The translations under genes and the position numbers were made by a program. The notes under the pieces are model-generated. The model was not told the DNA's origin, ran no database searches, and saw only the letters and a list, made by a program, of their open reading frames with translations. 64,000 bases of DNA. Source: Ramazzottius varieornatus (taxonomy: Eukaryota; Animalia; Tardigrada). The DNA is taken from the NCBI GenBank assembly GCA_001949185.1, contig BDGG01000012.1:302973-366972 (forward strand), written 5' to 3'. This document shows positions 38,197 to 50,523 of the stretch, one piece after another (position 1 is the first letter of the stretch; each line of letters starts with the position of its first letter).

Positions 38197-38650
38197 TAAT
38201 GATGAGCATTACGTTTTACATTAAATTACATTTTACATCACAATTACACTTTTACACGACATTACAAACACGAAGAAGTTGTAATGTAAATGTATAATGT
38301 AATTAGAACTTTTACCTGCCAGAATCTGTGGTAGTTTTGAGTGTTTTGCCACCAGAAATTTGAAATTCGGATGACTTACGCGGAAAAATGTCAGAAACTT
38401 CCTGAGCGTGGTCGTTTTGCAACCGTATTTTTATCTTTGTCTGGAAGACAATTACTAAGACCTATCTTCTATGCAAACATAGACATAGCTGGTTCATCGT
38501 TTTCGTCGCTCCTCGTCACCTTTAGACGTTACAAACCGCTCGGTCTGTAAAATGTAAACTAGTGTAAAATGTAATTATACTTTTACAATTACCCTGTTCT
38601 ACATTACACTTTACATTACACGGACCATCTGCGTGTAATGCTCATCACTA
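38197..38650. mobile_element. hAT-like MITE with ATTACA/TGTAAT subterminal repeats
   Basis: TAATGATGAGCATTAC ... GTAATGCTCATCACTA; flanks GCTCTGCG / GCTGTACG (6 of 8 match). Confidence 0.7.
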
Positions 38651-40206
38651 GCTGTACGCGAATCCAGGCTCGCTTTTGCTTGCCTGCACATTGAATGTAC
38701 GCTATCGTTCAACACTGGTCAGATGCAGCCTACGTACGTACAATCGAACTGCAAAATCTTGAACAAAGCTGTCCAAAGTCTGCCTATAGTATAGGCGCTT
38801 GTTTTAGGCTCAGTTTTTGACTTGCTGTTCAGAACGTGACGTATCAGTACGCCTGACGCCTGTGTAGGGTGATGTACAAGAGCTCGTATGTGATCGTTTG
38901 ATCGCTCTGACTGATACATGCTCGCAATGTTTGGACTGGTGCCCGGAAGAGCTTTCCATACTGGCGCAAACTGCTGACTCATACAGCAGTCTGGCAAGCT
39001 CAGCCGTGCCTTTCTCTCAGTGCAACTTTCCCCAATTGTTGGCCGTGTTTTCTGTGCTCCGTGCTTGCTGGCACAGAAACCCACGACATCGTACTTGATA
39101 CAACCACAGCGGAGGCAACGGCGGAACGCAATGGACAGATATGCTGTACGCCGATCGGCTATAGCCTATAGGTACAAGCCTTCTCGCTACGCAGCCATGG
39201 CGGTTAGGGAGTACGTACGTACGCGACCGATTTACAGTAACTCATTTTTCGGCAAAGCATAGCATGCCCTATTAGCAAGCGCTACGGTTGAATCGCCTGT
39301 CCTTTCCGCCTGTCCCATAATTTTTACTGTATCATGATTTTTCGTCTTGCGTGTACTATGTTAGCAGCCTGACACTCTGATAGCGCCGCGCCTGTCCGGG
39401 CTGTCCCCGCTTGCAGGCTAATGCTGCAACTGCCACAGTGTTTCAGCTGTATATTTTCCTCTTGAAGTTTACTTGATCGCATCCGATACAAGCTACGTCT
39501 TTCTTTCACTCTCGTCCCTCTCTTACTTCCGGCTGTCTTGATGGGAAAGGATACCAGCTGAATGTCGTATGAATGATAATCACTCAGAATGGATTTTAAA
39601 TTGTGCAGCGCCGACCGAATATCATGATTCATGATGATTAGTCTATCGGCCAGTCGCTACAGAGGAAACGTTCCCCTCTGGTACTGTACCGTCGTCTTAC
39701 TCTGAACTCTGAAGCATCAATATAACCTCGCTTTCTATAGGGAGCATGGGAACTGAGCTACTGGAGCTAATTATCTAATTTTTCTTTTTCTGTGCAGGAT
39801 GATCCTGGATTATTAACACATACTCCCTGTCGACAAGCTTGGTCTCGATCCGATTACTTAGCACAACTTGATCCTCTTCTTTACCTTGGGAGTTCTGCTG
39901 AGACACAACCACTCTGTGAAATACCAAACCCGAAAATTGTTGCGAGACGAGGTATGTTGAGGTTGGAATCTCGATTCTGCTGATGAGCACCTGCATATAT
40001 ACTGTACGATTTGTGCTAACAGTGGCTTAGTACGTCAAGGTTCGTTGAAGGCGTGGCTGAAGTTTTGCACTGTGATGCATTTTGGTATGATGTCATGCTC
40101 CGACCGAGCGGTTCATTTGTTACTGTTTTTGTTTGCAGAACCAGAGCTGTTTGCTCCACCGTGTTTGGATGGCAGAACTTCGGCCGCGCGTGGAATATTT
40201 ACCGAA

Positions 40207-43200
40207 ATGCCTCCTTATCCAGCGTCCAACGCCTCGTCAAACTCGTCTAATCGGACCACCACCGCGTCAGAACACGCCATGCTGTTAAACAGGCCGGGGA
40301 CATCGCGATCAGCCGACTCAGCCATGAGTCGGCTGATCCAAGCAAATAAGCCGCAGCAACAGAGCAAGTTCGCCTCCAACGTTGTCAGCACCACCAAATA
40401 TAACGCCTTCACCTTCCTACCCTTGTTTTTCTTCGAGTCATTCAGACGGTACTCGAATGCATTCTTCCTCTTTATCGCCTGCCTGCAGCAGATTCCTGAC
40501 GTCTCACCCACCGGACGATGGACCACCTTGGTTCCACTCTCCTTCATTCTCTTTGTTTCCGCTTGTAAAGAGATCTTCGAAGATGTCAAGAGAAGAATAG
40601 CCGATGGAACAGTCAACAACAGGAAGGTGCTCTTGTACAAGAATGGATTCTTTACCGAAGTGCGGTGGAGAGACATCCACGTCGGGGATATCGTGAAAGT
40701 GCAAAATAAAGAAGAAATTCCTGCCGATTTGATTCTCCTCACTTCCAGTGAGCCACAGGTATCCTTTCCCTTTAATCGTATCTGTGTAACACCTGGAAGA
40801 TTGTTTGGTGTCCGGATCAGATGTTGCCGTCGTTCGCTATATGTATTCACCTGCATACTCTATATCGTGCATGCGTTAGTCTGCGCAAGTACGCAGTTGC
40901 TGGAGAGAGACCTTGTTCACAGCGTCAATTACTCTTCATTCCTCTGTACAGGGTTTGTGTTATATTGAGACCGCGAACTTGGACGGAGAAACGAATCTGA
41001 AGACTCGTTCGCCGCTTCTTCAAACCGTCGACCTTCAAGCCGAGTCAGATCTCGTCGGTCTGGAAGCCTCAGTCGAATGCGAGCAACCCAATCGTCATCT
41101 GTACGAGTTCACCGGCAACATCCAAATCCACGGAAGTCCGCCGATTCCACTGGGCCCCGACCAACTCCTTCTTCGTGGTTCGCGCCTCAAGAACTCGGAA
41201 TGGGTGTATGGCGTGGCGGTGTACACGGGACACGACAGCAAGCTGATGCAGAACAGCAAGAAGGGCGCTATCCTGATGCTGAAGAGATCGCAGCTGGACG
41301 AATTGGCCAACCAACAGATCATCATCATGTTCGGCGTGCTGCTGCTCGTCTGTATCGTCAGTGGCGTGGGCAATACCATATGGCGAAAGCATCACGCACC
41401 GAAGGACTGGTACTTGAAGCCCTTCTTGGACGACCAACACTTCGGCTTCAGCTTTTTAACCTTTTTTATCCTTTATAACAACCTTATTCCCATTAGCCTG
41501 CAAGTGTCGTTGGAAATGGTGCGGTTTTTGCAGACCCTTTTCATTGGCTGGGTAAGCTCTAGTTTGAAAAAAGAAACAGAAACTGAAGAAAAATGTTGAT
41601 TGATGTCTCGAGTGGCGGACTCTTCAGCCAATAACAGTAACAACGTGCGCCACTTGGAAGCTCGACAAGGTCGCTTTTCCAAGTGGCGCACGCTACCAGC
41701 CAGTAAAACTGAAACTGCGCCACTTAAAATAATGATTTTGCTCGTCTCGTTTCCTGACCTCTCATTTTACCGGATATGCTTTTTGTTCCAGGATTTAGAA
41801 ATGTACGATGAAGAGTCTGACACACCGACCATTGCTCGTACTTCTAACCTTAACGAAGACCTGGGGCAGATCAAGTACGTTTTCTCGGACAAGACGGGTA
41901 CGCTCACGCAGAACAAAATGATTTTCCGGCAGTGCAGCATAGCTGGGCTAGTCTACGGCGTTGCGGAGACGAAGCTGGATCAATACGTCGATACTAACCT
42001 AATGAACAACCTTGTCAAAGAGAAAGAAGGTCGGGATATCCACCAGTTCCTGTTAGCGGTGGCTTTGTGCCACACAGTCGTACCGGAGGTGAACCCAGCC
42101 GATCCTAATCAGCCCTTTTACCTGGCTTCCTCGCCTGATGAGGCCGCTTTGGTCCAGGTATGTTATTTTCCCCGTTATTGATGAACCCGGTTCTATAGAA
42201 GGCTGCTGCGCTAATACGCTTAAAAGTATTTTAGGCGCGGCTGAGATGACCAAAACACTTTCGGCCGACCTAACATCAATAAATCCATCGAACGCACAAT
42301 ACATTTTAACCGTGGCTAAAAGTATTTTAGCTGCGGCTTAGAACGGCTAGAACGGCTTATTTTAGCTTCGCCGACCGAGCCTACCATACCCGGTCCAGCG
42401 TACGTTCCTTACGTACAGAATACGCACTTTTGTAACGATCACTTCCGCCTACTGCTCAGTACAGCTAGTTGGCCGCAGGCATACGGCGCTGTTGCATGAA
42501 TAGGCTAAGGAACACGTACGAAAAATCCGGTGTCTGCGTTTTCTCAGAAAACTTTCTCCAAGTTGTAGAAATAAACACTACTGTCTGACGAAACTTTCAC
42601 CTTTATGTATCACTTCAGTACTCTACTAGTTTGTGTTCCTTCAGGCGGCTGCCCAGCTGGACTACGTCTTCCTTAAACGGCATCCTCACAACGTGACAGT
42701 CAGGTTCAAGAATCGGAAGACTGGACAGTTCGAGCAGACTGACTACGAGTTGTTGGATGTGCTGGACTTTGATAGTGACCGGAAGCGAATGAGTGTCATT
42801 GTCAAGATGCCCGATGGCAAGATCGTCCTGATCTGCAAGGGTGCAGACACGGTCATTCAGGAACGGCTGGGACCTCGACAGGGGTTCTTGGAAGTGACAC
42901 TTGCTCACTTGGAAGAATTTGCTCACAAGGGCCTGAGAACGTTGTGTGTGGCGTCTGCCGATCTTTCACCGGATGTATACGAGAAATGGAAATCCAGACA
43001 TCAAGAAGCTGCCACCGCAATGGAAGACAGAAAACAGAAGGTTGGACATCGGCAAATGGACTTAAACATGGTTGCGATCTCAAAGTGGTGCACGTTGTCA
43101 GTGCTATTGCCTCATAGGGTGCGCCACTTCCAAAGCGATCTTGTCGAGTTTGCTAAGTGGCGCATGTTCCGAGTGTTGTTGGCTGCAAATTTGCGCCACT

Positions 43201-45508
43201 TGTGGAAACAGTCCTCTGCAATTTGTTTTCAGCTAAGACTTGAGGAATATGAGCTCTGTTATGGAGAGGCTTCATTGAGTGGGCTCTTTGTAGGTGTCGG
43301 ATGTGAACTCGCTGATCGAACAAAACCTGAACCTGCTCGGTGCGACTGCCATCGAGGATCGTCTGCAAGTCGGAGTGCCCAACTGCATAGAGAAGTTACT
43401 GGAAGCAGGCATCAAAGTGTGGGTCCTGACCGGTGACAAGATGGAGACAGCTATCAATATTGGTCACTCCTGCAACCTCATCAACATGGACATGCCGCTG
43501 TTCACCATGAAGCAAGGGACGCTACCGGGTGTGGTGGAAGCATTGCGAAGGCATCTGTTCGAACTGGGACCAAATAACATCAGACAAGAGAACAATGTTG
43601 GACTAGTGGTGGACGGCAAGGCGCTGTACCATGCTTTGGGAGTGGAGTGCCGCAAGAACTTCCTGGACTTGGCCATTTCCTGCAAAGCCGTGATCTGCTG
43701 CCGTGTCTCGCCCATGCAGAAAGCCGATGTTATTACGTTGGTTCGCAGTAATAACCCACGAGGTAGAAATTTTTAGGTTCTAACAATTCGGTAATTTAAT
43801 CTTACGTGTAACCAGTTAGCTCGATTGACAGTACGAATTACCAGGGCCTTTCCCGTAGTAGATGGAAGTACTTTTGAGAGGATTTAATGAGACGGTCGGT
43901 AAAGAAAATTTACAAGATTGTTTTCTGAAGTGGCGGACGCTTACAGGGTTGCTGGGTGGTAGCGTGCGTCACTTGGACTAACGATCTCAGTTTTGCCGGC
44001 CTCTCAGTTTGCGTCTTGGTATTGAGACTTGGTTGTCTACATTACGTTACTTGCAGATATCACTCTTGCCATCGGTGACGGAGCCAACGACGTAGCCATG
44101 ATCCAGACCGCTCACGTCGGAGTGGGCATTAGTGGCAAAGAAGGTCTCCAAGCCGTTTGTGCTTCCGATTACGCCATCAGCCAATTCCGCTTCTTGCAGA
44201 AGCTCCTTCTTGTCCATGGCGCATGGAGCTATGAGCGGATAGCCAAGCTAGTTTTGTACTGCTATCATAAGAATATCTGCTTGTACATTATGCAGTTTTA
44301 CTTTGCCATTGCCAGTTCTTTCTCCGGTCAGTCTTTATTCGAACGATGGACCATTGGCTTGTACAACCTGGCCTTCACAGCGGCACCACCCTTCATTCTT
44401 GGGCTCTTCGACAAGAGCTGCAGTGCTGCTAGTAGGATGAAGTATCCGAAGCTATATGAACCTAGTCAGAGAGGAGAACTTTTCAACCCACGGGTGTTTT
44501 GGAAGTAAGTACGGAAAGAACGTGGGTGGGGCTTCGGCATATCACTTGAGCATAATCGTTTTCCTGAGTGGCGCACACTTCCAGCCAGTAACAATGAAAA
44601 GTGCGCCATCACGCCGTACCGATCAATCCATTCAAGATCTCTCCTCCCACCTCATCAAAATGAACTAGATGGACGGGTTGGGTCTTGTTGGGACCTCATA
44701 TTGGTAGGCAGAAGTAGATAGCTGACGATGGGTCCTTTCTTCCAGGTGGATCGGTGCTTCCATATACCACGCTGCCATAGTGTTTATGCTATGTTACGGG
44801 ATGTTCTACCGAGAAACCCTATGGAGTGACGGACTGAACTCTGGAGGATTCGTCTTTGGTGCAGCGGCGTACACGTATGTGATCGTTGTGGTCTGCATGA
44901 AGGCCGGGTTGGAGACCTCCTCATGGACAATGGTTTCGCACATTGGTATTTGGGGCAGTGCGATATCCTGGTTCCTGTTCATCCCCATCTACTCGAATCT
45001 TTACCCTCACTTCCTCAACTTCGGGGAAGACTTTGTCGGTGTCGATAGAGCTTTATACGGCTCGTGGATGTTTTGGTTCGGTCTAATCTTTGTCCCTGTC
45101 GTCACTTTACTCCTCGATATCTGTTGTAAAGCTATGTACAACACGTGGCATCCTAATCTGGTGGATCAAGTCCGACAGATTGAACGAAAGAACGACGCCC
45201 GAGAGTTCCAGTGGGAACCATTGAGTGGGTTGCTCAAACCAAAGCCCAAGATGGAGAGTGTCATCATGCTCGAGTCGCACAGTACGCAGCAGATCCCGCA
45301 GCGAGGCTACGCCTTCTCACAGGACGAGAATGGACCGGTGACACAAGCGCAGATTGCCATAAGCGAGAACACGGACACCAGGTATGCAGAAAGAATGGCG
45401 AGAAGGTCGAGGGAAAGCCTGGCTGCTTCGACACACGGAAGCCCGGTGTCCTTGGGAGGTCGCGGTGGAAGAGCACGCTCATCGGCATTTAAAATTAAAC
45501 ATTTATAG
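40207..45508 (+). CDS. ATP8A: P4-type ATPase phospholipid flippase, ATP8A1/2-like
   Basis: [92 protein letters not shown]-terminal RGYAFSQ motif. Confidence 0.96.
42195..42382. repeat. Partial copy of the 10634-10904 MITE in an ATP8A intron
   Basis: Shared CATCAATAAATC..CGAACGCACAATACATT..CCGTGGCTAAAAGTATTTTAG and a similar right end. Confidence 0.7.
43083..43201. repeat. Representative dimer of the dispersed AAGTGGCGCAC...GTGCGCCACTT palindromic repeat
   Basis: Two 47-bp palindromic units 72 bp apart; at least 13 loci in the window (see findings). Confidence 0.85.
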
Positions 45509-45734
45509 AGAAAATTGTTTGCTGCAAGAATGTTCGACTGTATTTTTGTTCTTTCGCTATGATGTTTCTTTGCGGGAAGAGTTTTTACTGTAAGCATGTT
45601 TTGAAGGTTTGCATCTATCAGCACGCGAAATGTATGGTTGAAAAATGTCTTTAGTTTCTTTCGTTTCGAATAGCATACAATACGGTACATAATAGAGAGC
45701 ATGAAAACTTGAATAAGGAGGCACTCGTAGAAAA

Positions 45735-48358
45735 TTATATTCGAATAATATCAACGGTGATCATGTCAGCAATAGGTCGTTCTTTCGAGTCTGTCTCGTC
45801 GCGTTTTTCTTCGTTGCCGGCAATCAAGACTCGTGCGAAGCATCCACCAGCGTAGCCTTTCGCTAATCGTTCCGGATTGAGGAAGATAGTTCCATTGATG
45901 TTCTTGACGAAGCCTTTCATGTCGGAAGCGGTGATCAGCAAGTCGGGTTTCTGTCCAATTCTGGCGTACTGATGAAGAGCGACGATGTCAGCAGGAATCT
46001 CTGGTGGGTAGAGCGGGTAGAAGCTCTGTTGGAAAACGAGGTGGCTCGCTAGGCGAGGTAGCCTCTCTTCTGTCATGGGGATACCTTCAAACGAAAACAA
46101 TTGGAATGGAGCTCAAGGAATACGATATTCCCAAAATCGTTTTGTCAATTTGCGCAGAATCCAATAGGATGAAAGCGTGCGCCACTCGAGAAGACGGCGT
46201 AGCTTTGAGCTTTTGGTTGCCGGACTCCCAGTTCCGCACAGATTCGAGAAAAAGCTCGAGCATATTACCTTTCATAATTTCTCGTTGACCGAGGTGGGAT
46301 ATGATGTCGGTGGAAGTAAGGCCGACAGTCACGCCGTTGATGTCCAGAAGGGCTGGCTCAGGGACGAAGGTGATCTTGCGGGTGAACTCGACAGTGCTGT
46401 ACAGAGCTGGGTTGACCACGCAGTCTCTCAGGGTGAATGGCGGTGTTGGGTAAATTGGCATTCCGACGAGTTGCCCGACGCTAGGCTGGATGACGACGTG
46501 GGTACCCAGCTTGTCCACTATTTCTTCGAGGATGAACGAAATCTGTAACGAGTAATATCTTAAGAAGGTTAAAAAAGTATAAAATGGACGGTCTGGTCAA
46601 GATTCCACATTTTTCGAAATGGGAGGTCGACAAACAAAACGTTCAAGATCATATATCAAGCAGCGCACGTTTTCGGTGAAATTAGCTGGTAATGTGCGCC
46701 ACTTGGAAAAGTGATCTGATCGAGTTGTCAAGGAGAGTAGGCTCTCAGTTTTATTGGCTCAGAGCGTGCGCCACAGGAGATTTTGCTCATTTCGTTGGCC
46801 GGCTTCCCAAACTGTGAAGTGCCTTATTTGTATTGGGCAAATACCGAACTGTTCTGAACTTTATTTTCATGTGCCGGAAATGTTGCAGATTCGTAAAACT
46901 CTTACCATCGACTTAAAGTAGTCCTCGAAAGTCATCTCGTTCATGAAGCCTTCTATATCTTGAGCTAACCGAGCGTCAACGAAAGGTCCCATCAGGATGA
47001 CCAGGTCGGGATGCGAAGCGGCAATTACCGTTATCAAGTCTTTCAGCGGATCGGGAAGCGACTCGCCCATTATATTGAAAGGTCCACAGGCCACCATAAT
47101 GTGTAGCGACGACTCGGAGGCTTTCCTTGAGATCACTTTCGTAATCTTCGGCGCAGCTCCTGAAACACAGCGAGGCATCGTATGACAGCCCAAAAAGCGA
47201 AAGAAACCTTCAAACTTACCTGCATAGAATTTGGAAGCGGTGAAAGAAGAGCCGGTACTGTGTCCGTCACAGGCGAACACTTGACCAGGAAAAAGTCCGA
47301 AGCGATCCAGTACGTCGACGTCTAGCGGACTCTTGATACCATTATGGAGCGTACTGGACGTTTGAAACCAGAGATTTCTGGAGTTCAGTCCGCCTTCTTC
47401 GTTGGGGAGAATCCGACCAAGAACGGTTGCCTTGTCGGAAGCGTCAGTGCTTATTACGGCAGGCGAGCTGAAGCTCTGCAGGTTGAGTTCGTCCGCCATC
47501 GCTTCTCCTATTTCGTCAATCTTGCAGTTTAAGACCCAGGCTACTTCTTGGTACTTTGTAAACATGTACGGGTAAGGTTCTGACAGGAAGGAAGTGGGGG
47601 CCGCAGGAACTACCGTCACGTATTCGGCTGTAAACAGACAAAACATACACGTAGTATTTGTCATCATATCACGTCATGGTCATGTTATGTCATACATATG
47701 TACTATACTGCGCCCAGAGACGGTGTACGACGTCATGTAGAACTTTGGCCTGCCGTTTCAAAAGACGCAAGGCTTCATAAATTCAGTGGCATCATAAGAG
47801 TACCAAGTCGGTTTGTTTACCTTTTGGTAAATTTGTCCATGACTTATCGACCGGAAGTCCTCCTATTCCAGCAATAACGTCGCCACGATTCTTTCTTTCG
47901 TGGTACGTTACCAACGGTTTGACCGGCTTCTTGAGGGTGCTCCGAGACTCATCGCTGAAGTTAGCGCTCTTGACCCCAGTGTCAGGTTGTCTCCCACTTT
48001 TCTGTCCGGAGGCAGACGAGAAACTTGGTGGCTGCTTGATTCGCGTGGGAGTCCGAAAGCTATCGTTGGACGTCGTCTCACCTCCTGTGGTCGAAGAAGA
48101 GCTTCTTTTGTCCGTCCTTCTATCTAGGTGAGCCGTATCGAAATGGGCAAGCTGTTTGAGATCCAGAACGGTTTCTTTCTTAGATTTTGATACGGCCATT
48201 TTAGAGTAGACCAACCATTCGGAGACGATGCTTGGTGCGTCCAGCTGGTACTTTATACACAACATCCTCATCTGATCCCCGACATCTTCAGACTGAAACT
48301 TGATTCCAAACATCCCAAATTCATCCTTGATAGCGTCCGTGTCTGCCAGGTTGACCAT
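45735..48358 (-). CDS. POLA2: DNA polymerase alpha subunit B
   Basis: N-terminal EFGMFGI..LCIKYQL..IVSEW; YPYMF; LFPGQV; VACGPF..PDLVILMGPFVD; YPTPPF; QQSFYPLYPP; PDLLITASD..NPERLAKG. Confidence 0.94.
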
Positions 48359-49399
48359 GATTGAGCTGGAAGAAAACTGGAAAACTGCAGTTCAGTAAGG
48401 ACTGCAACGTAGAAACTGTTCCTTTCCGGGGTGTACAAAGGAAGTTATGGTAAGTGTTACAAGCTCAGTTATTCCCGGGAAATGAGAAAAAAAGTAACTT
48501 AGGTTCGCCGTTCACGGAGAAACTCCCAGAGACCCAACACTCGAAGAACAGCTTCAGAAAGTCAGAACTTGAGAAGTGAAATTTAAATTGCTATACAGAT
48601 TGCGAGCGAAAGCGCACTAGCACAATTCGCTACGCACAGGAACATCTTGACATCATAGGAACAAGCTTGTCTCGTAGCATATGTGGTAAAGAGTCGCACA
48701 ATGTTGACGTATGACGTCACGATGTTCATATGCGTAGCGGATTATGCTAGTGAGTGGGCGCTCGCAATGTCTATATTCAATCAACGATCAGCTGATCACA
48801 AAAGGAGAACTCAGAACAGTTTCAGCGGGTTTATTACACACTGTTCAGAAGATGTCGCCACAGGCGCGATTTGTAACGCACGACAAGGAATTCTTTCCAG
48901 TCGGACTGAACAGGGTTTCGATGTTTCAACAACACAAATGCGACTGACAGAGAAACAAAAATTACATCCAGTATTTTCTACTTTGTTCAGTTAACAGAAG
49001 TTACGGTCGCCTGAATAGTTTCGCAGAAGACGACACCACAGGCACTGCATAACGCGGCCCGCCGCAGAAACAGGATCCCACCGTGTTTCAAAACTGTACA
49101 GCGGTAGTGTGAAATCCCAAAACAAACTTTCGCATCATTTTTCCGGATTCTCCAAATACGTGGGGATCAGGTCATGGTCAAAAGTCTACTTGATCCGTTC
49201 ATCTGGTCATGAGGACGATTTAGTAATTATTCTAGATGTTGTCTCCCCGGGAGATGTATTGTCGAAGTTTGACTATGCGAACATATACTTCCGGTTTCAG
49301 ACGAAAGTCCAGATCCGTGTCTTCCATTTCGTCCTTCCATGCAGGAGAATTACACCTACAGTCTTCTTGAAACTCAAACGTCGACCTCGAATCTTCCCC

Positions 49400-49965
49400 A
49401 CTTCCAGTCGCTTTATTTCGTCTTTCCTGGCCTTTACCCTGGATGCACCGTACACTATTGATATTTCACCAACCAGTAGTTAATTTCCGCATCGCTCGCA
49501 AAGTAATAACCGTCCTCTTGAGGTCCTGGCTCCTTTTCCTTTCGAGGTCGGTTGGTAATTGGCGGATACATCGAATATACGTTCTGCCGGGTGGTATACT
49601 GCATTTGTCGTGCTGGACCTTGCGGAGAACGCCATTTGTCATTGATCAAGTTTGATATCAGAATATTCCCGCGAAAAGCATCGTTCCAGGTCCACACCAG
49701 ATGCTTGTGTACCGTGACGATCAGAGCATCACCCCTCTTCGACGACTGCTCCATAATCTTATAAGCGTAATTGGGAGGCATTCCACAAAGCTGATGTCCA
49801 TTTACTTCAAGTAGAACGTTCGTTCTTTCCAACTTCACACTGTCGTGGTATAATCAAAATCCCTTAGCCCCCATCGTTACACTGCACGAAAGTACCGGTT
49901 CGCTTCATGTACAGCGAGCTTCCGTGTTCGAAGTCCCCAAAAACGGTGCAACCGTACCGCTCCGA
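49400..49965 (-). pseudogene. Degenerate MAGI-like PDZ0 plus guanylate-kinase fragment
   Basis: YGCTVFGDFEHGSSLY, LLEVNGHQLCGMP and QMQYTTRQNVYSMYPPITNRPRKEKEPG..GYYF follow the MAGI N-terminal order; the frame is broken on both sides of ORF 49455-49838. Confidence 0.6.
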
Positions 49966-50523
49966 ATACTATAGGCCACTTGCGAACAGACCACTCCAGC
50001 TATCCACGAAACGATCTCAGATGTATCCTTTCTTTTTATCCATTGTTCGCAAAGCTTTTAAAGAGTATTCCAGAACAGGCAAAGCTCTGTAATGAGCACA
50101 AAGTAAGGCCCAAGAACGTTTATGCAGAAGTTTCAACCTTACTGGAAGGTAGGAAGAGAAAGATGTTGCATATGTCTGACCCACATTGTCTGGATCGATA
50201 ACTGGCCGAAAGCGATCCATACAGTGCGGTTCAATCCCGAGTAGCAATGAACGTAGTACTTCAATCCAACTAGACTTCGATCCGAGTTTGGAACACAGAC
50301 CTCAGCCCAGATGAGTTTTTAATTAGAAAGTCGGATTATGGTGTATTTACTCCAATCAACGTCAAGAATGAATGTGTTATGCTGATCTTTCTTCAACTTT
50401 TCCTATAAGCGACAACTGAAACTTTCCAAAATCAACGATTCTATGGTAGTCTGAGCTATTCTCCTGCTGTGAAAACAGTTAAAGCGAAACAGCAAATAAA
50501 ACTAAAAACAAAGGTTATTCCGT

